From Squalus acanthias (Eukaryota): a stretch of DNA of 64,000 bases. The position numbers and the translations under genes are program-made. This document shows positions 27,525 through 39,192 of this stretch, in pieces. The stretch covers positions 174,160,001-174,224,000 of the forward strand of contig CM059425.1 in the NCBI GenBank assembly GCA_030390025.1, in the 5' to 3' direction. Position 1 is the stretch's first letter. The number at the start of each line of letters is the position of its first letter. The notes under the pieces were generated by a model. That model was given only the letters and a program-made list of their open reading frames with translations, was not told the DNA's origin and made no database searches.

Positions 27525-28812
27525 TTCATTCTTGGGATGTGGGAAAATTCGCATTTAATCCCTAGTTGCTCTGAGAAGGTGGTGATACAACTAAGTAGCT
27601 TACTAGGGCATTTTAGAGGGGAGTTCAGAGTCAACCACATTGGTGCGGGACTGGATTCACTTATAGGCCAGACCAGGTAAAGATGGCGGATTTCTTTCCC
27701 TAAAGGACATTAGTCAACCAGTTGGGTTTTTCCGAAAATCCGACAGCTACATGGTTACTTTTACTGATGCCAGCTTTTTATTTCCAGATTTAAAAGAAAA
27801 CTGAAATCAAATTCTCAAACTGCCATGGTGGGATGCGAACTCACAATCTCTGGATTATTAGTCCAGGTGGGAAAAATTCAGTTGGTTGCGCCTCTTGTTA
27901 GCGCCTTAAGAGGGCGCTAATGGGGTACAAAGCAACTAGCGCCCGGGCGCGGCGATGTTTGCGCCGCTCCCGAAATTAACTAGACATTTTGCGGTGGCGC
28001 TAAACACTACCGCCATGATCTCCTGCGCCGGCAGATCATGACGTCAGTCGAGTGCGCAACGCCCCGGTATCGCCCCGGAGTGGATATTGAGTTGCGCCCC
28101 CTGCCTTACCGCCTGCTGCTAGCAACGACAGGTTGAGGGGAGCGTTTTGCAGTCAGGAAGGGAGTGGGGGAGCGCTATTTAAAGGCAACCGTTTGCTGCC
28201 TTTTTTTGTTGGTGACATTTTTGAACCACGCATTCTGAGAGAGAGAGAGAGAGAGAGACTTCTGGAGAGATTCAACGCTGTGTGAAGGAGTTTTGGGTGC
28301 TGAGCAGCACTTTGCAGGTTCATTTTGATTTGCCCTTGTATCGATTTAGAAGAGACTGTGGGGGCTGCACTCTGAGCTCTTTCCCTGGTACTCTCCATTG
28401 TTCTTTCCAGTAGATTTGATGTACAGGTCTCTCCAGGCCGAGATTCAAGGCTGCAATGAGCAGGATGTGGATGGAGAGCAAGGTCAACCCTCCCCTTTAA
28501 GAACTGGCCGGCGCCATTGTGTCTGTGTTCCATTGCTGACTGACATCACATGAGCTTCGCCAGCGCTCTGAGGTAGCGCCTCGCTCCTCGGCCTTTGCAC
28601 CTTAAGACAGATGTGTAGCGCCTAATTTAGTGCTCCAATCACCTACAGGGGCGATAAAAGTCAAGTTTGCAGTCGGAGGCGATAATTAGTGCCAGGCGCT
28701 AATCTTTGCACCCGGCCGATAATTGCACCCCAAATGGGGCGATACTGAATTTCTCCCCCCAGGTCTCTGGATTACAAGTACAGTAACATAACCACTACAC
28801 TCCCATACCCTG
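27525..28812 (-). mobile_element. tRNA-derived SINE split by a Harbinger MITE
   Basis: The minus strand gives gtgtagtggtta...gagttcgcatcc (A/B-box-like), contiguous once the MITE is removed. Similar to 22075-22430. Confidence 0.6.
27867..28759. mobile_element. Harbinger MITE, family D, second copy
   Basis: CAG TSD. TIRs gtgggaaaaattcagt / actgaatttctccccc. Highly similar to 26302-27196 in the same orientation. Confidence 0.92.
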
Positions 28813-28829
28813 AACATTTTGAAAACATT

Positions 28830-29550
28830 CGGCCAGAATTTTCTGTTCAAATAGTAGCAAGTCTAACTAATGGCGCTGGCCGTTATTTAGGGGTAAATGG
28901 TACAGCAACTTCAGGCAAGGAGCAGATGCGCAGTTAAATGTGAATATCTAACAGTCGCTGTCCAAGTTGCGCCGCTCTGCAGTTAGCTTTGTGAAAACGG
29001 CATCTCACTCTTAGCCTCCTTGTTTTTTTAGGAACTTGCTGTATTTGCTCATTAAACTCGCCACAGAAAGTTAAATCTTGTCATTTAAAGCGTAAGTACC
29101 CTTTTTATGACGTGATAAGCGTTAATGACTGCCAATCAATTGATCTAGCACTAAAAATTAACTATTATGCGTGTGGAGTCTCATTCCTTCAGGTTTTGAA
29201 TTTTTAGGGGAGATTTTACATTTCTTTTCTGTCTCTTTTTTCTCTCTCTCTTAATCCAATCTTTCTATCCCTTTCTTTATTTCTCTTTCTGCACCTGATT
29301 TGACATTGAATTCACCCCTTTTATTTCACCCTCCTTATTTCCCAATCCTTAAATCTCTTTGGTTAAGGAGATACCCTGTTGGTTGCCCTGTTCACTCAGG
29401 TCCCAGATGCCCCGTTTCCCAAACTGTGCCGTATCAGCTCGCACTTTCATGCGACTTTGTGGGCAACAATCTTGTGAGCTGAAAGGTGCAGGGGCAAGTC
29501 TAACTAACAGCAGATGCCATTCGATGCCCTGCTACAGAAAATTCTGGCCC
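28830..29550. mobile_element. Harbinger-type MITE, family C
   Basis: TIR ggccagaattttctgt / acagaaaattctggcc and ATT TSD. Confidence 0.85.
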
Positions 29551-31254
29551 ATTATAATATAACTTCAGCTAAACAAATTTTCATTCTCTTTATTCTGCCC
29601 ATCTTTTTTGAACCTTTATGAATTCATTGATGTAACAGTTTTGATTGTTGTTTCTGGAGTTTTAAAGGGCAAAGCATTTATTTGTCCATTTACATAGGCA
29701 GTCGGTGCTGGTTCCTCCTTTGAGAGATAGAGCTACTCACTACAAAAGAGGCAGATATTGAAGCAGGGCTATGTAGCAAAAGCTTTAACAAAGACATCCT
29801 GAGTCCTATGATGGCTTCAGTTCCTATGAGAGTGCAATTTGCCATGAATTATTTACTCTTCCTGTATGCCCCTCCACAGATTAAAGTTCTCTTATGCTTC
29901 TGTAATTCAGTTCTTCACTTTTAAGCTATTTTAAGAGGTTGAGTTCTGCTATTTTCTGCTACGAAGAACAGCTGGAACAACTTAAAAGTTTTTTAAGTAA
30001 AAGCTTCTGAATAGAATTTGTGGGTAGCAGATATGCTGAGTCAATCTATATGTATATTTTAACCAAGGGACTGCCCCCATTGAAGCTCCAGTGTGAGTCA
30101 CAGTTCAAACATTTAACTCTGATGACTTACAGATTATTTAAAGACCTTTAAATATTTCAAGTGTTATTCAAACATGTTCTACTTAAAAGATGCGTTACTA
30201 TCGTAAAACGTTTTGTGGATACATGGGCTTGAACCAAATAAAAATTACTTATTGATATCTTGCAGTGTAAATGTGGTCATGTATCAATGAATGCACCAGC
30301 AGTTTGTATTGGGACTTATAGCAGCTCTTTTCACAAAAATGAAATAAGAAATGACTAAAACCTGACAAAAATTAAATCATGTATTATAATGGAATAACAA
30401 GTACCAAGTAGTGATTTTAAGGCCTTATGGTTCCACTATTTCAGAAAAATACTATATAAGTGTTTGCACATTTCCATGGATGCCAGCAATAATGCTTGTC
30501 GAGTGACTTGCCAGAAGACTTAGTTAAGTAGTGGATAAAGAAACTTGGCTAGCCTTCTCTCTTTCTCTTGCACAGTTTGTCTGAGACTGACAAAACTCAT
30601 TTTCTAGGTGAAACCAAAGGGTGAAATGTCAGTCCAGATGAGAATAGTTGAGAATTCAGCATATGACTATTATAGCTGGTAGGTTGTACACCCACACTTA
30701 CTAAATTTGTACTTATTCAAATGATTCATCTCTGTCTCACTATGTAAATTCCAACTTCTAAGTTTCAAATATACAATGCAGGGGAATATTGAAGAGGCAG
30801 GGAGATGGATAAGTTCAACCTTCCCTCACTTAGGAGCCTCAACCAGACTCCTGAATCTCTGTGGAGATAAGACCGGCTTGAATTAAGATTTATTTTGTAT
30901 GGTTAATTTAATTAGATTATTGTGCATGATTTGCGATATAAATATATACAAATAGATTGTTTTTCAAGGATCATATAATAAAGTTGACAATCATTTTGAA
31001 TATTACTGTGAGGTGCATGGTACAATTATAAAGCATTAAACACTGCACAAAACTGTTGTGAGCCAAAGTTCAGTCGTTTTGCAATAGCGAAGGCATTGTT
31101 GTAACTGAGCACTTTATAAAGAAGATGCAGGTGTATTGATCTATTGATGTAGCATAAAAGCAATGGATGGCTTCTGGATGACTAAGCCTATCCCCTGCTG
31201 CCATCAATAAAAACCCCACTAAGAGTGCCCCAAAAAGCAGCCAAGGAACACTAC

Positions 31255-33603
31255 GGGCTGGAATTTCCCTGCGGAGGCGGGATGGCGGCGGGAGAGCCGA
31301 TTGGCGGGTTTTGGTCCCGCTCCTGTCTGCAGCCGCTCTCTGAGAATGATTTTCCGTACATTGGCCTTGTTAAGCCCGCCCGACGGGGTTCCCGGCCAAT
31401 TAATAGGAAACGGGTCTGATGACATCATTTGATGACGCGTCATCAGCTGGTTTCCTTAAAGGGACCACAGCCACATTGATTTTGACAGTTGTGCTGTCAG
31501 TGTTCTACAGCATTGAGGTGCTGCAAACACTGACAAGCACTGCACAGAGGTGCACGTCTGCACCCAGGCTCACGCATGGGAGGTTCTCTTCCCTTCCCAT
31601 GGCGGAAGAGACCTCCCCAGGACACCAATGCAGCTTGGTTGCACATTGCACAGGAGGGCAAAAGCAGGGATGTCGTCAGGAGTCCCTGGGTGCAGTGGCC
31701 ACAAACATTTCAATGATCTCAGCAATGATGAAACGTTATTGCAAAGCCACACTCAACCTCATTCTGCTGTGCCACTCATCACATCCCCATCACTCTGCCT
31801 TCCCTACCCTACTCCTGCACATCCTTACTCACACCAACTTACCTTGCACCTCCACCCATCCCTCTCTATCTGTATTATCATATCCCCATCTCACCAGCCA
31901 CCTCTCACCCTCACCCTCATCCTAGTGCAATCATACCAACTAACAACACACAAGGGTAGGCACTTGGGTGTTTTATGCAATGTTCATGTAAAGTTTCTGT
32001 TAGTGTGGTGTCAAACATTGAAACCTTAATTTTGAACACTTTGGGCTGGATTTTGTCAGCCCCGAGGAGGCGGGTATGGAGGCGGGACTGCTGGAAAAGT
32101 TGCAGAATTTGGGGGTGGGTGGCAAACCCGCCCCCAACCCGCCTCTGTGCCCTCTTGCCAGGAGGCGGGAAGCTGTCCTCGAGGCGGGAAAGGGATTAAA
32201 TCCTATTAACTGCCTGTTAACAGGTAGTTAACAGGCAGAAAATAGGATTATCCCTATTTTTAGCTCCGAAGTGCAGGCTTCCCGACCTTGGAGAACCCCG
32301 CCAGGGTGTAGGAGACGAGAAGGAGGTCTGCGGGGGTCGGAGGGGCCTGAAAGTGAGATGTAGAGGTGAGTGATGGGTTCAAGTGTGGAGTGGTAAGTAC
32401 GTAAGGTGAGTGTTAAGTGTTATAAAATGTTCACTTACCTTTGTTTCAGTCAACAGCCTTCAGCCGCTGTGGATCCGGAGTCCCGACATCTTCATTGTAG
32501 ATTTCACAGACTGGCTGTCGGATCCTCCGAACCAACAGCCAGGTGATTTCTGCAAAGTTGAAAGGTTTGATGAGTCCTGAACACAAGGACTCATCAAACT
32601 ACACAGAATGTCAGTGTTTGACAGCTTCACAGAGCTGTCAAAAGCTGACATTTCTTCTTTCAAGAAATCTTGACAGATGGCACGTCAGACGTTGACGTGC
32701 TCTGTCAGTGACTTCCCCCTAATTGGCCTGCTGAGCCCGCTGGGTGGGCTTAACAAGGTCAATCAGGGGAAAATCCCGTTGGTTGGCCAGAAGCTGATGG
32801 AGGCGGGATTGAAAGCCGGCAAGCAGCAGTCTCACCTCCAAAAGCTTCCCATTGACAAAATCCAGCCCTTTGCATTCTTGGACAGATTTGTGTGCACCTT
32901 TGGAAGTGACTTAGTGAGTTGCAGTGAATGGTGAGACATAACGGTACCCCCTGCAATGGTGATGAGTGTGAAAGGAATGGCTTGGGCATTGTAGGGATGC
33001 TTTATGATGTTGGTGTTGGGGCTGATCATGGAGGGATTCAGAGGACCAAGGTGAGATTTTTTCAAGGGCACCGATGTTGCTGGAATAGAATGCAGCTGAA
33101 GTTGAGATGGCAGAAGCGATCTGTCAATGGTGAGAGAGCTTGCTCCAAGGAGGTGACAGTGCATATAGAGTTAACACCACACACTTACAGCCTCCAGACA
33201 GATCAAACGTGTCATCCAGATTCTGAAATCAGACACCTCTGGCATTGGAAAGTGACCAGATGTGGGAGTTCAACTTTTATACTGCAGATGCAGCTGTGAA
33301 CTATGCAGCTCGCTGCTACTCCCGACATACTTACCTGACATGATCTCTGAATGTGTGAAACCCGTTTAAAATGTGGAAAGGTAGGAAAGGGCTGTCCAAA
33401 TAACAATTAACAAGCACTTAACAAGGAGTTAAGTGTCTTAAATCCCTCACCCGCCGCTTGGTGTCAGGTCTGTTCTGAGATCGCAGACCCGGCACTCTTG
33501 AAACTCACACGGAGGCGGGTTGACAACCCGCCGTCAATCATTTTGAATTTAACAGCTGACCTACCTCCGAACCCGTCCTCTGAGCGCCGGAAAAATCGCG
33601 GCC
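31255..33603 (+). mobile_element. Non-autonomous Harbinger derivative, family B, with a nested family A element
   Basis: TAC TSD. TIRs gggctggaatttcc / ggaaaaatcgcggcc. Myb exon-1 remnant. Confidence 0.88.
32043..32868. mobile_element. Harbinger non-autonomous element, family A
   Basis: Perfect 16-bp TIR gggctggattttgtca and TTT TSD. The empty site is visible in paralogous host copies (about 20180 and 38280). Confidence 0.93.
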
Positions 33604-33656
33604 TACAAGATTGGTTATTTGAGAGGACCTTTGAGACGACCATTGAAGTATTTAAG

Positions 33657-36111
33657 TCGACATACAACACAGACTACGCTGAGAGACTTTGCCGTCGTAC
33701 CTCTCGCACACTCCTCAACCATCTCGTACACCAGCTCTACAGCAGACGCCGCAACCTCGAAACCAAGATAGAGTCCATGCTCTCAGCCTGTGCTCAGGAC
33801 ACAGCAGACCAGCTATGAGACACCGCCAAAAAGACGAGGCAACGGAACTACGCTTCCTACATGCGCATCAAGAACAGGAAGCTTGAGAAACTCGGCATCA
33901 CCACCAGCAGCAACCAAGCCTCCCCCGGTACCACGGTTGCAACCACAGGGAAGTCCATCGTCAACTTGTTGGACCACACTCTTCAACCAGACGAAATCGA
34001 AGTTCTTGCCCTAGGGCTCAAGTTCTGCCCCACCACCAAAATGGACCCCATCGGTCTCGCGGCAGACACAGAGGAATTCATCAGGAGAATGAGGATCCGG
34101 GAATACTACCACAAATCCCAAGATGTCAGCAACAAACCCAATGAGACAATCAATGATCCGGAACAGCAGACAGAGGGAACTGCAGTGCAGCAACCAAAGA
34201 AGAAAGAGTCAAATTGGACCCCTCCGGAGGGTCGCTGCCCTAAGCTTGACATGTATGCTCAAGCTGTCAGGAAATGCATCAACGCCAGATTCATCAGCCG
34301 CACTCACAAGACAGTCCAGAATGTCACCCGAGCACAACGCAACGCCATCCACGCTCTCAAGACCAACCGCAACATCGTCATCAAACCAGCGGACAAAGGA
34401 GGAGCCATCGTCATACAGAACAGAATGGACTATTGCAAAGAAGCATACCGACAACTGGACAACCAGGAACACTACAGACAGTTACCCGCAGATCCGACCA
34501 AAGAACACACCCACCAACTCAATAGACTGATCAAGACCTTCGATCCAGACCTTCAAAGCATCCTACGCACTCTCCTCCCACGTACTCCCCACGTGGGAGA
34601 CTTCTACTGCCTCCCAAAGATACACAAAGCCAACACACCCAGACGTCCTATCGTATCAGGCAACGGAACCCTGTGTGAGAACCTCTCTGGGTACGTCAAG
34701 GGCATCCTGAAACCCATCGTACAGGGAACCCCCAGCTTCTGTCGCGACACTACAGACTTCTTACAGAAACTCAGCACCCATGGACCAGTTGAACCAGGAA
34801 CACTCCTCGCCACGATGGACGTATCAGCACTCTACACCAGTATCCCCCATGATGACGGCATCGCTGCGACAGCCTCAGTACTCAACACCAACAACAGCCA
34901 ATCTCCAGACGTCATCCTACAACTCATCCACTTCATCCTTGACCACAATGTCTTCACCTTCAACAACCAGTTTTTTACCCAAACACACGGAACAGCCATG
35001 GGGACCAATTTCGCACCCCAATACGCCAACATCTTCATGCACAAGTTCGAGCAAGACTTCTTCGCTGCACAGGACCTCCAACCAACGCTGTACACCAGAT
35101 ACATCGACGACATCTTCTTCCTTTGGACCCACGGCAAAGGATCACTGAAAGGACTACATGATAACATCAACAGGTTCCATCCCACCATCAAACTCACCAT
35201 GGACTACTCCTCAGAATCGGTTTCATTCTTGGACACACGAATCTCCATCAAAGACGGACACCTCAGCACTTCACTCTACCTATGGACAAGCCCTGCGAAT
35301 ACACAGGATCTGCTCAGATGAGGAGGAATGCGATGGACACCTACGGACGCTGAAAGACGCCCTCGTAAGAACGGGATATGACGCTCGACTCGTCGATCGA
35401 CAGTTCCGACGGGCCACAGCGAAAAATCGCATAGACCTCCTCAGAAGGCGAACACGGGACACAACCAACAGAGTACCCTACGTCGTCCAGTACTTCCCCG
35501 GAGCGGAGAAACTATGCCATGTTCTTCGCAGCCTTCAACATGTCATCGATGACGACGAACACCTTGCTAAGGCCATCCCCACGCCTCCACTACTCGCCTT
35601 CAAACAGCCGCCTAACCTCAAAAGTACCATCGTTCGCAGCAGATTACCCAGCTGTCAGGAGAACAGCGACCACGACACCACACAACCCTGCCACGGCAAC
35701 CTCTGCAAGACATGCCAAATCATGGACACAGATACCATCATCACACGTGAGGACACTACCCACCAGGTACATGGTACATACTCATGTGACTCGGCCAACG
35801 TTGTCTACCTGATACGTTGCAGTAAAGGATGCTCCAGAGCATGGTACATCGGCGAGACCATGCAGACACTGACACAACGTATGAACGGACACCGCGCAAC
35901 AATTGCCAGGCAGGAGGGTAGCCTCCCAGTCGGGGAACACTTCAGCAGTCAGGGTCATTCAGCCTCGGATCTGCGGGTAAGCGTTCTCCAAGGCGGCCTT
36001 CGGGATACACGACAGCGCAAAATCATAGAGCAGAAACTGATAGCCAAGTTCCGCACTCATGAGGATGGCCTCAATCGCGATATCGGGTTCATGTCACGAT
36101 ACAGAACGTGA
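33657..36111 (+). pseudogene. Penelope RT/GIY-YIG endonuclease ORF, disrupted
   Basis: In-frame TGA at 33816-33818. Frameshifting deletion at 35280/35281 joins TSLY directly to YGQALRIHRICS. Stop at 36109-36111. Confidence 0.9.
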
Positions 36112-36322
36112 CTTGACATCATGGCCGGTCTTTCCAGGTTTTGTTTTAAAAACACAAATGGAGAGGATATGCAGCCAGCAGGTGTTTTGACACGTTGGAC
36201 CTCCTGGGACACATCTCATTGTCTTGGCTGTGCTCTTAGTGTGTCTTTGATGTAGGGAAAGATTTGAATAGATTTTTTCTGTGTTTATATTGTGAATTCT
36301 GGGAGATTCTCTCACAGCTACC

Positions 36323-36361
36323 TTACCTGAAGAAGGAGCGAACAGCTCCGAAAGCTTGTAA
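36323..36361 (+). ncRNA. Minimal type-I hammerhead ribozyme, copy 1
   Basis: Stem I TTAC/GTAA; core CTGAAGA(A); stem II GGAGC-gaaca-GCTCC; GAAA; palindromic AGCT stem III. Predicted cleavage after U36357. Confidence 0.82.
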
Positions 36362-36536
36362 AATTAAATAAATCTGTTGGACTATAACCTGGTGTTGTGC
36401 GACTTCTAATTTCTATATACTGTGTAATCGATTTGTATTCCCTCACTGTACCTGTACCTGAAGAAGGAGCAGAGCTCCGAAAGCTCGTAATTTCAAATAA
36501 AACTGTTGGACTATAACCTGGTGTTGTGCGACTTCT
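36324..36536 (+). repeat. Tandem 3'-terminal direct repeat of the Penelope element (about 83-bp unit x2, starts 131 bp apart)
   Basis: tacctgaagaaggagc...aaataaa..ctgttggactataacctggtgttgtgcgacttct occurs at 36324-36407 and 36455-36536. Each unit has an AATAAA. Confidence 0.9.
36455..36489 (+). ncRNA. Minimal type-I hammerhead ribozyme, copy 2
   Basis: Stem I TAC/GTA; CTGAAGA(A); stem II GGAGC-aga-GCTCC; GAAA-GC-TC. Predicted cleavage after C36486. Confidence 0.85.
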
Positions 36537-37522
36537 CATTTTTGAAGTATTTAAGGCACGCTTTGTTGCCTGGATAGGTTGGAAGGGGCTCTGCAGTATG
36601 CTCCACATCGTGTGTCACAAATAGTTATAGCCTGTTATGGCCATCACAACGTCACCAATCAGGAAGGGCTGGACTTTGATATTGCTGGCAAGAAAGTTCT
36701 GGCTCCATTGGAGCTGGAACTATGTGGCAGCAAGTATCATGACGACCTGTACTCACAGGAGTCCCCAGTGACTCCTGAGATCAGCCTTGATCTAATTGAA
36801 CCGGCTGAAGGGCTGAATGGCTTACTCCTGTTCCTGTTAAGGCAGGGATAACAACTTCATCAAAACTTATTCCACTGTGTCAACAATGAGTTTTTGCCTA
36901 TGTTGAATTTTTTTACTTGCATTTTGTATGGCTAGAAACACCATGTAAAGGGTTAACACCCAAGGTCACACATTTTGAACAGAAAAGCAATCAGCTCAGA
37001 GTCCCGACAGGCTGCCTGCAAGGGCTTCACAAGGTGTGAAGTCTTAGGTGAATGCACAATAGGGAGTCCATGGTGTTAACTGTTTGCATGGCCAGAGCCA
37101 CGCTATACAATTGCTAATTTCTTTGGAATTGTCAAATATTGGCTATCCATTCAATATTGATGGATGGCTGTTGATTAATGTAATTATGAGAAATGCAATC
37201 ATCTATTGCCTTTTGTTTCTGTAAAACTTCAACGGAGTTTAGATCATGTTTCTGTAGGTAAGCTCGCCCAAGAAAAGCAAGTATGCAATAAGTATCAGTT
37301 TTGTAGCTAGCAGCTGGCCTAGAAAGGAAGGTAGGCCAGACTGACGCTACAGCAAGTAAACTCCAGTTTAAAATAGACGTTTGGAAAGAAAGCAAATGGC
37401 ATCTTTATTATTTATGTATCAGGGGGGCAGTGGATTGTATGATTCATTGTTTTATATGTTTATGTATACCGTTCATTCACCTGTTTTATTTAAATAAAAT
37501 CATTTGTTGGTTCAGAGTCTAT

Positions 37523-39192
37523 GGCCGCGATTTTACGAACCTAGGCATGTCCGTGGCAGGCCATGTCGGTGGTGGGTCCCGACCCTGCTGCTGTCTCCAT
37601 CCCGGCCTCTGAAATGAATTTCCCCTGATTGGCCCAGCGCGTTTCCAGGCCAATTAGAGGAAGCGGGTCTGGTGACATCATTTGATGACGTGTCATCAGG
37701 CAGTTTCCTTAAAGGGACCATGACCAAATTTATTTTGCCATTTGTGCTGTCAGTGTTCTACAGCATTGAGGTGCTGCAAACACTGACAAGCACTGCACAG
37801 AGGTGCACGGCTGCCCCCAGGCTCTCCCACGACTCCCTCATATGCTTATGCTTTAGCGACCTCCCCAGGAGATCAATACAGCCTGGTTGCACATTGCCCA
37901 GGAGGACACAAGCAGGGATGTGGTCAGGAGGACCTGGGTGCAGTGTCGCAAACCTTTCAATTATCTCAGTAGATCACGAAACGTTAGTACAAAGCCACAC
38001 TCAGTCTCATCCTGATGTGCCTCTCATCACATCCTTCTGCCTTCCCTACCCTACTCCTGCACATTCTTACTCACACCAACTTACTTTACACTTCCACCCA
38101 TCCCTCCCTATCTACATTATCACATCCCCATCTCACTAGCCACCCCTCACACTCACCCTCATCCTAGTGCCATCATACCAACTAACAACACACAAAGGGA
38201 GGCACTTGGGTATTTTATGCAATGTTCATGTGAAGTTTCTGTTAATGCGGTATCAAACATTGAAACCTTTATTTTCAACACTTTTTGTTCTTGGACAGAT
38301 TTGTGTGCACCTTTGGAAGTGGCTTAGTGAGTTGCAGTGAATGGGGAGACTTAACTGTACCCCCCACAATGGTGATGAGTGCGAAAGGAATGGCTTGGGC
38401 ATTGTAGGGATGTTTTATGTTGTTGGTGTGGGGTGGTGCCAACTTGGCGCATCATGTGGCAGCCAGGGTGACAGCATCAAATGAAGTGAAGCCAGGGCAG
38501 CAATGTGGTCGGGTGCTGATGCCCTCTGCCCTGTGCAGCATCAGTTGATTGCGGAGAAAGTTGGTGTTGTTGTTGGTGCTGCTGGTGTGCCTGGTGTTGG
38601 GGCTGATTATGTTGGGATTCTGAGGACCAAGGTGAGAGAGTATAAAGGGCACTGATGCTGATGGAATAGATGGCAGGTGAAGTAGAGATGACAGAAGCGA
38701 TCTGTCAATGGTGGGAGAGGTAATGAGGTCAGACTGGATGGAGACTTGTGTAAAGACTTGCAGCATTCTGAATCTGTAGTGGAAATGTAGTTTAGAGAAG
38801 CTAGTGGTTAAGGGAACATATCTCAATCAGCTGGGAGCTTTCACTTGACATTTGAAGCTGTCAACTCATCAGCTGATTCAATGGCCACTGACCTCCCGTC
38901 TCAGCTTCACAGACGAGATCTCAGCACAGCGAGAAAACGATGGGCGACCTGTCAAATCTAATAAGCTGGAAAAAAACCTGTGGCTGTAAACAAGCCACTA
39001 ATGATTTTAATTGCCTCCCCTGCCGCTGCGTGTCATGTCTGCTCAGCACTGACCGACCCAACATATGGTAAAGGCGCGTGGTGGCGGGTTCACAGCGGGA
39101 TCCTGACCTGCTGGGAATAAAAACACTTTCCCACCCGACCTGCCACCAATTGTGCCCGCTGACCCCCCCCCCCCCCCCACAAAATCCAGCCC
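37523..39192 (+). mobile_element. Non-autonomous Harbinger derivative, family B
   Basis: TIRs ggccgcgatttt / aaaatccagccc. Collinear with 19379-21139. No clean TSD (TAT vs AGA). Confidence 0.88.

Larger units (their letters stand above)
33657..36541 (+). mobile_element. Penelope-like retroelement (RT + GIY-YIG), 5'-truncated
   Basis: PLE motifs IKPADKGG, LPKIHK, RPIVS, DVSALYTSI, GTAMG, RYIDD and the GIY-YIG VVYLIRC...WYIGET. 14-bp TSD ttgaagtatttaag at 33643-33656 and 36542-36555. Confidence 0.95.

Noticed and set aside
26302..28759. Segmental tandem duplication or LTR pair
   Set aside because: Each copy has its own TIRs and a different TSD and flanks. No TG..CA ends or retroviral interior.
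30608..30678. Possible plus-strand 71-nt exon (VKPKGEMSVQMRIVENSAYDYYS)
   Set aside because: Plausible splice sites, but no partner exons or recognisable homology. It could be chance.
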